A stretch of DNA of 12,536 nt from Neoechinorhynchus agilis. Lineage: Eukaryota > Animalia > Acanthocephala. The translations under genes and the position numbers were made by a program. The notes under the pieces are model-generated. The model ran no database searches. It had not been told where the DNA came from and saw only the letters and a list, made by a program, of their open reading frames with translations. Where the stretch lies: assembly GCA_051530055.1 (NCBI GenBank), contig JBMGUZ010000075.1, positions 1 through 12,536 on the forward strand. Reading direction: 5' to 3'. The stretch's first letter is position 1, and each line of letters starts with the position of its first letter. Positions 1 to 7,938 of the stretch are shown piece after piece.

Positions 1-636
1 ACTCGAAAAGACATTAAACATAAAAAAACGGCAACCAAAAACCGAGATCCAAAGTTCCAAACTCTTAATTTTTCATGTGAATTTTTTTTAAACGTTTAGA
101 ATTTGCAATGAAAAACCGAGATCCAAAGTTCCAAACTCTTAATTTTTCATGTGAATCTTTTTAAACGTTTAGAATTTGCAATGAAAAACCGAGATCCAAA
201 GTTCCAAACTCTCATTTTTTCATGTGAATTTTTTTAAACGTTTAGAATTTGCAATGAAAAACCGAGATCCAAAGTTCCAAACTCTCATTTTTTCACGTGA
301 GTTTTTTTAAAACGTTTAGAATTTGCAACAAATTTGTGCTTTCCCCGCAGGAATTTTCGCTTTTTACATACAAAGACTCGAAAAGACATTGAACATAAAA
401 AACGGCAACCAAAAATCGAGATCCAAAGTTCCAAACTCTAATTTTTCATGTGAATTTTTTTGAAACGTTTAAAATTTGCAACAAAGTTGTACTTTTCCCC
501 GCTGGAATTTTCGCTTTTTACATACAGACTCGAAAAGACATTGAACATAAAAAAACGGCAACCAAAAACCGAGATGCAAAGTGCAAAACTCTCACTTTTT
601 CATGCGAAAAACTTGAATCGCTTTCAAAATTCCTGC
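1..636. repeat. Tandem satellite with higher-order structure: ~73-bp subunit A plus ~80-bp subunit B (~153-bp AB monomer); runs off the left edge
   Basis: The motif AAAAAYCGAGAT(C/G)CAAAGT starts at 37, 111, 184, 257, 411 and 564 (periods 74, 73, 73, 154, 153). Subunit B (..CCCCGC(A/T)GGAATTTTCGCTTTTTACATAC..GACTCGAAAAGACATT..CGGCAACC) lies at ~330-410 and ~483-563, and partially at 1-36. The last A copy is diverged. Confidence 0.95.
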
Positions 637-656
637 GAAATGAGTTCGTTACCGAC

Positions 657-899
657 CTTTCCAGTAGAATTAAATCCGGGACATGAATGATTGAACGTTT
701 TATTCATGTTGACTGCTGTGTGATTGATCATACAAACAATATTGATGCTTATATCAATCTTTCCGGCGAATTGACAAAACACACAGAACATTAGCAACAA
801 GGTCATTAGAAATCTCGCACTAAAGATAATTTGCAGAGTCGATGCATTGTCCAGGTCGTTGGAACTTATCGATTCTTTAATCTTACTGTTGACTTTCAT
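657..899 (-). CDS. N-terminal coding exon of an SLC17 (sialin/VGLUT/anion:cation symporter) family MFS transporter; gene presumably continues beyond the left edge
   Basis: Translation SARFLMTLLLMFCVFCQFAGKIDISINIVCMINHTAVNMNKTFNHSCP resembles the SLC17 TM1 signature as I recall it (sialin [32 protein letters not shown]...CP). It is followed by a loop with N-glycosylation sequons NHT, NKT, NHS and NST. Candidate donors are AG|GTCGGT at 656 and GTAACG at 652, just before the in-frame TGA. The ATG at 899 has an in-frame TGA upstream (917-915). Confidence 0.75.
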
Positions 900-1066
900 T
901 TTGTCGAGTAAATGTCAGCTTTGTTCATTTTTAAATGTGTACGATGACTCGAGTCGCATTTTGTCTTTTCCGCATTTACTCACACTGACGACTATTCCCT
1001 TTTTCCATGGATTAATGATCGAAAAGATCGCGATTCCCTTAATAAATAAACCAAAAAATGATATTG

Positions 1067-1591
1067 AAAAATTTCGCCGATGTATACAAAAAAATTCACG
1101 TAATTAAAGATTCCCAAAATGATGAAAATTTTCACACTGGAAAGTAAGACATCAATTTTTCTTAAAGATTAAAATTAAAATTTCGCCGATTTATACAAAA
1201 AATCCACGTAATTAAAGATTCCGAAAATGATGAAAATTTTTAGATTGGAAAGTAAGACATCCATTTTTTCTAAAAGATTAAAATTAAAATTTCGCCGATT
1301 TATACAAAAAATCCACGTAATTAAAGATTCCGAAAATGATGAAAATTTTTAGATTGGAAAGTAAGACATCCATTTTTTCTAAAAGATTAAAATAAAAATT
1401 TCGCCGATTTATACAAAAAATCTACGTAATTAAAGATTCCCAAAATGATGAAAATTTTTTGACAGGAAAGTAAGACATCCATTTTTCTTCAAGATTAAAA
1501 TTTCGCCGATGTATAAAAAAATCCACGTAATTAAAGATTCCTAAAATGACGATCATTTTTGGATTGGAAAGTAAGATATCCATTTCTTCTT
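1067..1591. repeat. 109-bp minisatellite, about 5 copies
   Basis: ATTTCGCCGA recurs at 1071, 1180, 1289, 1398 and 1500 (periods 109, 109, 109, 102). Each unit carries CACGTAATTAAAGATTCC and GGAAAGTAAGA(C/T)ATC. Confidence 0.95.
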
Positions 1592-2036
1592 ATCGATATT
1601 TTTATATTTAATATTCCATATTTAGCACATATCTATAATTTCATCAAAAATATTTCCGCTTCAATGTTGAACCCGAATCATTAATAACAAAATATAGCAG
1701 AAGGTCTTTTATACGCGAATTAATTGCGATCGGACACCATTTTGATAAGAGATTTTTTGTTTTTGACTAAAAATATCAAAGTTCCGGTAGCAAAATCTTG
1801 TTAGAATTACATAATTTGAGCTCTTCTTTTTTGTCGTTATTGAAAATAATTTAACAAAATAAATTAAAACGAAGACGATCCAAGATATACATTTTAATTA
1901 CTTTAGGATATCGGCGAAACGATCAATTGCTCAAAATAAATTTATATTTGAGTTGAATATAAACGAAAACGTCTGGAATGCGTGCTCAAATCATTGATTC
2001 GAATTTACATAAACGGATCGGTGAAACATCGAAGTT

Positions 2037-2213
2037 TCACAAAAGGTCTAATAAAGTAATATAAAACGACGCCGGAGATGCAAATCTTTGGCCATCGTAC
2101 AATCCATAAGTCCTTAGTCCGAAGACGAGGAAATAAAGAGTATAAAGAAGCTGGTACTTGCCAAACCCACAAATCGTTAAAATTCCGGAAAATTCCATCG
2201 ATTTTTCCGCCAT
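2037..2213 (-). other. Possible orphan exon or gene fragment resembling the N-terminus of an SLC22/SV2-like MFS transporter
   Basis: MAEKSMEFSGILTICGFGKYQLLYTLYFLVFGL resembles the F-x-x-(I/L)-L-x-x-x-G-F-G-(K/R)-(F/Y)-Q plus hydrophobic helix start of SLC22/SVOP-type proteins. It stops after 58 codons and I found no downstream exons. Confidence 0.3.
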
Positions 2214-2538
2214 AAACAAACGTCAATAATTCAACCTTAAAATATGTCAATTATTTTGTTAACGAATAGTAATTTTTTTCATTGCGCCGACGAAATAAAA
2301 ATCGACATTCTAAATAAGTTTGCATTTTAACAACTCGTTTTCGCAACTTAAACAAGAAAAGATGTCTTCACTTTTCACTTTATTGTCTCCTTTGTTTTAG
2401 TCGCCTGGTTTTAGATTTTAATTAAAGGATTTTCGAAGGTCAGGTTGTTTTTTCGAGCCTTTATTAGAAAAATACAATGCCGGATTATTATTGACTAATT
2501 TATTATAATTCTGTTATCCGTTATCCGTCTAAATATTC

Positions 2539-3493
2539 GTAATAAATTAGTCAATTGAAATCTGAGGTGTTATAACTACCAAAACCAAGTTTTTTTTCTC
2601 CGAAGAAAATAAGCCAAAACATCAAATCAAACCCTTTTTGAATTTGCCATTTACTTCAGCCTTGTCGAGTTCAGCCGTTTTATTGAATGATTGCTGTCTA
2701 AAAGTGAACTTCTATGATTATTTCCATTTTATTTCAAATTAATCGACGAATGTTTCGTAAATTAATAGTTTTGTTTTCTTAGCTTCTGTTGTTGGAAAAA
2801 ATTATAACGAAATGGACATAATAGATAAAAAAAATGATTTACTTTGCAATCTGTGAAGATTTCGCGGAGGCTTTAAATCCTTGGTATGGAGATTTAGGCA
2901 GCGAGCATGTATCCGTCAATGGTTGCAAACAATCCCTCTTGTTTCTCATTTTTAGTTGTGAGAATTCATAACTGTTTAATTTCAGAATCTCGTGAGCTGG
3001 TGAACCGAACTCGATTGTCGGCATCTCCCAATCGCCTTTTTTATGTGCCGTCCGACGAAACAGTAAAGATCGCAGTGCCCAACTGAAACTTAAGATGCGG
3101 TCTTGGAACAATCGGGACGATTTAGCCTCGTCCGTCGGTAATCAGCTGGAAGGCACGAGACGCCGAAGTGAGCGCAATTCTCTAGTCGTGTTCTTAATAC
3201 TGGGAATGCTCAACTTCGCCGACTCGATGGCCGTATACCGGATGATTTTCTCAAATGCTCTAAATCATTATATCGTTTCCTTTGGGTTCGAGACATTCCG
3301 ATCGTTTGGTAATTCGGGGTAGGACTTAGACGAATCACTTATCATCCGAGGGCATTATCATTGGTGGAACGCTGAATTCGCCCTTTTGACCATCCACGAA
3401 TTCAGTTTAGTGGTCCAGAGCGATAATGTGAATGTTTTTCGAATTCTACTTGTTGGAAAAGTTAGTCATGATAATTTTTACTATATAGAAAAT
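2539..3493 (+). repeat. Long direct repeat, copy 1 (partner 8955-9887)
   Basis: 2641-3493 matches 9035-9887 at constant offset 6394 with two A/G substitutions (2714/9108, 3166/9560). 2539-2590 matches 8955-9006 with 2 mismatches, followed by a diverged 50-vs-28-nt segment. Confidence 0.97.
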
Positions 3494-3670
3494 ACGAGTG
3501 GTTTCATGAGTTTCTTTAAGTAAAAATTCTAAACTGCTAGAATAATTCACGTAATTATTTGAAAAGCTTGTCTACAGCAAATTGGGAAAGGCTTTTACAA
3601 TTTAGTTACCATGGATTCGCTAAACTAATTCATAAGATCTAAAAACATTTTAGTGCTTTTAAGTTCGGGC

Positions 3671-5711
3671 ATGGACGAAGAAAATCTTGTCATGAAAAAT
3701 GAAGCCGAACTCCGGAGCTATTCTGGTGTAGATTCTCAAACATTTGAACCGGTCCAATCGAGAGTGATAGTCGTTAACGCGAGTGATCCTACTTTGCCGG
3801 AATCAAACTTTGAATGCATAGAGGAAAATCCGTTTTTTGGCCGAATCCAAGGGCAACTCGACACTGGAGAAGTGAGTACTGATTGTCGTCCCTGAGGCAT
3901 ACTTTGCGAGAATCAGTAGATAAACTTTATTGGTTCTCTTCGTGCTTTTGGCGAAATATACACCGATCACCTTCTGGGCCAAGATTTACCGGTTGATAAA
4001 CTGAACGCTGATATTGATGCAGCAATACGCCAAAGCTCAGATTTTCTTAAACTGCCACTGTATTATCTTTTCAAAGGACTTGGTTTGTTTGATAAACTTA
4101 AAGATAAACGAAACGACGTTGAGAGTAACATCACTCAGTTAATCAGCTTCATTCTTGAACATGGGAACATCTCCGATCTCGATCGAATCATGACAATATG
4201 TTCCAGGATTTACGACAACGAACTCATCAGACGTTTATTATATCTGATAAAAAAGTTTGAAGTTTCACAGGAACTGGGAGATGCTGCTAAACATACTTTA
4301 GATCCAAGTGAACTGGAGCATCTTGATCAAGTTTGTCAAGTGTTGAACACTTCAAAGCTCAATAGTCTCAAAGAATTGTTTAATCATCTTTATCGAAGTA
4401 TAACTCCGTACACCTCGCAGTTTTCCATTGACGATCCCATTCAAGTAAAGGAATATATAAAACATTCCTTTAAACAGAGACTGGAATCCGACTCTTACTT
4501 TGGTCTTCAGCAAACTCTTAATTTCTTTAAACACAAACTTGGTAATAGTCTTCGAAAAGAGTTCAATCAAATGGAATCCTCTATTCTATTGATGAGAAAC
4601 CTCAATAATGATGACTACAACGTGTATTTGGATTTACTTAGGAAACGGCTAATTGCAATGCCCTTAAAAGGACGCATTAAGTTGTTCGATGAGCTTGTCA
4701 GTCGAGAGGTAGTTCGACGAAGATTCGGGAAGGAGAATTTAGAAGCGTCGTTAAGTGCAATGAGTTTCACTTTTGAAATTAAGAAAATTCCTGCTCGAAT
4801 TTTTGTTGGTTTTTATTGCTAGGTTTGCTTATTTTTCTCAAAACAATTCAATGTCTGGAGGTTTGGTGCTTTAAGACAATCAATTGAAATACGTTTTAGC
4901 CTGCAGTCAAACCCATTGCAGCATAGAGGATCTCTCACGCATTCTGAAAAATAAAGGAGTTTATATCGTAAAACAGAGATTGAAGCGATCAAAGATCCGC
5001 GGAGTTTCTCTAATTTTGAAATGGATGCAGGAACTATCCGATTATGGAAAATCTAAGACGAAATTAGACATGGATGTATCGGTACTGAAAGGCGTCCTGA
5101 AGAGCTGGGTTGAAACAGAAGTAAAGAAACTAGAATTGTTTGAAATCGACATGATGATAGAAAAGTGCATTTTCTTCGGTTATATAACAGCTAAATCCGT
5201 GACATCGAAGCCACACGACGAAATCTTATCCAATGTTATTATTAGTATTCTTTGGCAAGATCCGGTGAAGTTGATGAGAGATGCGAATTTAATTCCTCGA
5301 GAGGCTGAGCGGATTTTCACTATGTTTAAGGAACCAAACGATCAAGAGTTAATTAAAGCAGTCATTGGGTTAATAAAGAAAGAAGCTCAGGACGAGAGAA
5401 AATTTGGCATCGTTGTACCGTTTTTAAAACAGTTCTTACCAGTACCCAAAGATGTGCATAATTCAAAAAAACGAGCAACTTATCTAAACAAATCTCTAGG
5501 TATACTTTCTAGAGATCCAAATATTAAGGTATTAAATGGTCTAATAGATTCCCTTGCGTTGGAAGTTCCAGACTTTGTGGACGAATGGCTTCAAAGTTCA
5601 CTGGAATTGAGCTCAGTTCATGGTAGCATTTTTGGAATGGATGAAACACTTGATGCCGCACCAAAGACATTCTTTGATGGTGAATTAAAAGATTATGGTA
5701 TAGACGATTAA
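3671..5711 (+). CDS. Spliced gene, ~633 aa alpha-helical protein; tentatively a highly divergent eIF4G-family (MIF4G-MA3-W2) protein. Exons ~3671-3871, 3920-~4808, ~4900-5711
   Basis: Three consecutive open segments joined by plausible GT-AG introns. IGSLRAFGEIYTDHLL resembles eIF4G MIF4G LGNIKFIGELFKLKML. EIKKIP resembles MA3 EIDIP. PFLKQFL, VLNGLIDSLALEVPDFVDEW and KTFF resemble W2 segments (PVMQKFL, FFDALYDEDVVKEDAFYSW, TAFF). The coding region is well supported; the family call is by eye only. Confidence 0.55.
3872..3919 (+). other. Predicted 48-nt phase-0 intron
   Basis: Starts GTGAGT and ends CAGTAG. Removal deletes both in-frame stops (TGA 3893, TAG 3917) and fuses the 3671 ORF in frame to the 3920-4822 open frame. 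Confidence 0.75.
4809..4899 (+). other. Predicted second intron (boundaries uncertain)
   Basis: A frame change between the 4085-4822 and 4884-5711 ORFs requires splicing. GT at 4809 with TTTTAG ending 4899 (or TAAG ending 4875) restores the frame. Other solutions exist. Confidence 0.45.
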
Positions 5712-6286
5712 GTGTGTTATCTCGAATTTAAATTTTAAATTTGTCGACATTTACGGACACATCATTTTTTAGCGCAAAATATCATTTGCTTCAACGTTAT
5801 AATTTTCGCATTGCACTCATAAAATATTAAATTGTTGAGATTTTAAAGTACACACGATAAGAAATTGAATATTTCTACTGTATCTCTAAAGAATGAATAT
5901 AAATTGTGACCTTGATTGACCTTTTCCATCTTATTTTGAGTGAAGGAAACAGCATTATTTATCTGCCAATTACTTTAATTTCTAATGAGATTTCGCAGTA
6001 TTAAATCTCAACGCAATTTAATCGGTTTTAAATGCAAAGCAAATTTTAGCGTTTCATTGCGTTTTCCCAAAAAAAATTTCTTTTTTTTCCTCCATTTCGT
6101 CCAATTCTGCAACTATGGTCATAATTGTTCGGCAGCTTCCTCGATGGCCACGGCATTGCCGCGCTGATTCGCTGCAACAGGAAGCTGATGGAGCGCATGT
6201 CTCTACCAGCATTTTTATTGGTCACTCGTGTAATTAAGTTTGTTTCATCATTTCCGGAATCAATTTCACGATCATTATAAAACTGC

Positions 6287-6296
6287 TCACGTGACC
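6287..6296. promoter_or_regulatory. E-box TCACGTGACC (USF/TFE/MITF, CLEAR-like) 66 nt upstream of the 6362 ATG
   Basis: Exact GGTCACGTGA on the minus strand. TTATAAAA and an inverted CCAAT (ATTGG) lie nearby. Motif match only. Confidence 0.3.
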
Positions 6297-6361
6297 AAAT
6301 AATTATCACGGTCTCTGTGCATTAGAAAAAGTCATAGAAATCTTAATCTACTCACTTCGCA

Positions 6362-6988
6362 ATGACAGCTAAACTATTGATTTTTATTCTTCTCGCCTCG
6401 CTGGACTGTTCTATGACTTTACGAGTTTGGAAAACAGTACGAATCAAATCACGAACTGCGGCTTTACCGAGAACATCTGAAAAGTGTTCATCCGATAACA
6501 AAGATAATGCTGGTAATTGTATTTTAGCAAATGATCAAGTATCTCCGGATTATGTATTTAATCGTTCTTCAATAATCCAAAGAGTGAAAGCAACGATCTT
6601 AAATTTTTCCCGCTCAAATGAAACAACGGAACAGTCGTCTTCGAAAGGAAAAGAAGCCGTAAATCCAAGCAAAATTATGCTTGTAAAATTCTCGAACATA
6701 ACGTCGGAAAACTACAATTTATCATCATTAACAGCTAATCAAATTCTTAACTTAACGGAAAGTTCTAAAACAAACGACTCAAAAAGTTTTGTTTTCATAT
6801 ATTTCAAATACAAAATGACTCCTGAGCGAATCAAAGGTTTCTATGCTGTGCTCGGAGTGGCCTGTTTCCTAATTGTTTGTAATATTATAGCGGTTCCTTT
6901 GTGTTTGTATAAGATGAGACTGCAACGCTTGGAAAAAGAAGAGCAAATAAGGCAGTTTTATATAAGAAAACTCAAACGAGGATATTAA
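6362..6988 (+). CDS. Single-pass type I membrane glycoprotein, 208 aa, unknown family
   Basis: Signal-peptide-like MTAKLLIFILLASLDCS; Ser/Asn-rich ectodomain with 7 N-x-S/T sequons (NRS, NFS, NET, NIT, NLS, NLT, NDS); TM segment FYAVLGVACFLIVCNIIAVPLCLY; basic tail ending KRGY. AATAAA at 6995-7000. Confidence 0.8.
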   Translation: MTAKLLIFILLASLDCSMTLRVWKTVRIKSRTAALPRTSEKCSSDNKDNAGNCILANDQVSPDYVFNRSSIIQRVKATILNFSRSNETTEQSSSKGKEAVNPSKIMLVKFSNITSENYNLSSLTANQILNLTESSKTNDSKSFVFIYFKYKMTPERIKGFYAVLGVACFLIVCNIIAVPLCLYKMRLQRLEKEEQIRQFYIRKLKRGY

Positions 6989-7137
6989 TTAGTTAATAAA
7001 TTTGTGTAGCCAATCACAGTGTGCAAATTCTTCCCTTACGTGCACAATGTTACCGTTATTTAGGGTTTGAAATTTAACCAATGAAAGACGTAATATTTCA
7101 TTCGACGATGAATTGGAATATTTAACAAACATCATAA

Positions 7138-7434
7138 ATGGAATTGATTTGTTCAAGTAAATACTCAAAACCGTCATTAAATGTAAGAAAAAACCAATAT
7201 TATAAAAAAAATCAGATTGACATGAACTGTAGTTTAAAACAAAAGTTCACGTCTTGTAACAAGGCGGATTCTTCCTTCGATGTGGATCTTTGTCTTAAAT
7301 ACAAAGTAGAATTCGGCAGGATATTTGCCAATGCCCGGATTCAAGCTGCTGATTTCAGTCCTAAACTCATTTCGTTTAGACAAATCTATTAAACAGTAAA
7401 TGGATTTCACTAGACGGCGGTCTGAATCTGCCAT
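7138..7434. other. Possible small gene; two antiparallel ORFs in the same codon register (+7138-7392, -7234-7434)
   Basis: Local GC rise and both strands open. No recognisable homology and the coding strand is undecided. Confidence 0.25.
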
Positions 7435-7528
7435 TTGGCACTGGTAAAGAGCTCATTTGTAAAATACCATTAAATTTGTTAATTAACAGGCATCCGTCAT
7501 AAAGTTCAATTTCTTTTAAGTAATTCGC

Positions 7529-7689
7529 TGAAAAACAAACTCGCCTTTTCGACTAAAATTTCTTAGTAGATCCGCATATTATTCGAAAAAACAGAATCTA
7601 TTGTTTCGAATTATAAATTAATTGTTTGAAATAAAATTAGAAAGCAATTTTACGAAGAATTTCCTTCAAGAACCTGACGATGATCTTCA
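7529..7689 (+). repeat. Diverged dispersed repeat, copy 1 (~160 bp; partner 10066-10225)
   Basis: Shared blocks TGAAAAACAAACT, TTCTTAGTAGATC, AAAAACAGAATCTATTGTTTCG, CAATTTTACGAAGAATTTCCTTCA and TGACGATGATCTTCA in colinear order with scattered substitutions. Confidence 0.9.
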
Positions 7690-7938
7690 CCTTGATTGCA
7701 ACTATCAATCTAAGTAGTTATTTTCATGTCCACGGGACTCCCGAGTTGTTTAGGATGAAAAGTATATGAGTTCTTTGATATTCGTCCGGCAGTTCAATAG
7801 AAATATTCATGGTTATTTGAATAAATCTCAAGTTTTTCTTTTTTGTCGCTTATTTACTGAAGCTCTTAATACTTTAGGCCCAAGCGCCAAAATTTCCGTT
7901 TGACCAATAAGCGAAGAACGCAGAGCTTTTCATTTAAG

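Noticed and set aside
1-636. CRISPR-like array
   Set aside because: Units are contiguous 73-153-bp tandem repeats with no unique spacers, there are no cas genes, and the context is eukaryotic.
450-690. ORFs 450-686 and 460-690
   Set aside because: They are translations of satellite sequence with no coding signature.
847-1107. + strand ORF of 86 aa
   Set aside because: Non-ATG start, overlaps the SLC17-like start on the opposite strand and runs into the minisatellite; no recognisable motif.
3040-3065. Hammerhead-like GACGAAAC
   Set aside because: The required CUGANGA core is absent at the proper position.
2839-3220. bHLH-like reading (ELRSLRRLVPSS*LPTDEAK...SWALRSLL) in the minus frame of ORF 2839-3111
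   Set aside because: No basic region, an internal stop, and poor helix-2 match; the frame has the Ser/Arg/Pro-rich look of an off-frame translation.
3228-3295. Pol III A-box/B-box pair (TGGCCGTATACCGG ... GGTTCGAGAC) suggesting tRNA or SINE
   Set aside because: No cloverleaf can be folded, and it lies mid-repeat rather than at a 5' end.
4352-4570. Minus-strand ORF of 72 aa
   Set aside because: Antisense shadow of the long + strand coding exon.
6135-6190. HDV-like ribozyme (GCT-TCCTCGAT-GGC resembles P3/L3)
   Set aside because: No P1 or P2 partner strands and no correctly placed P1.1 GG could be found; the related 10.5-kb element lacks P3 pairing.
5985-6309. ORFs 5985-6167 (+) and 6046-6309 (-)
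   Set aside because: They cross homopolymer tracts in a probable promoter region and show no protein-like features.
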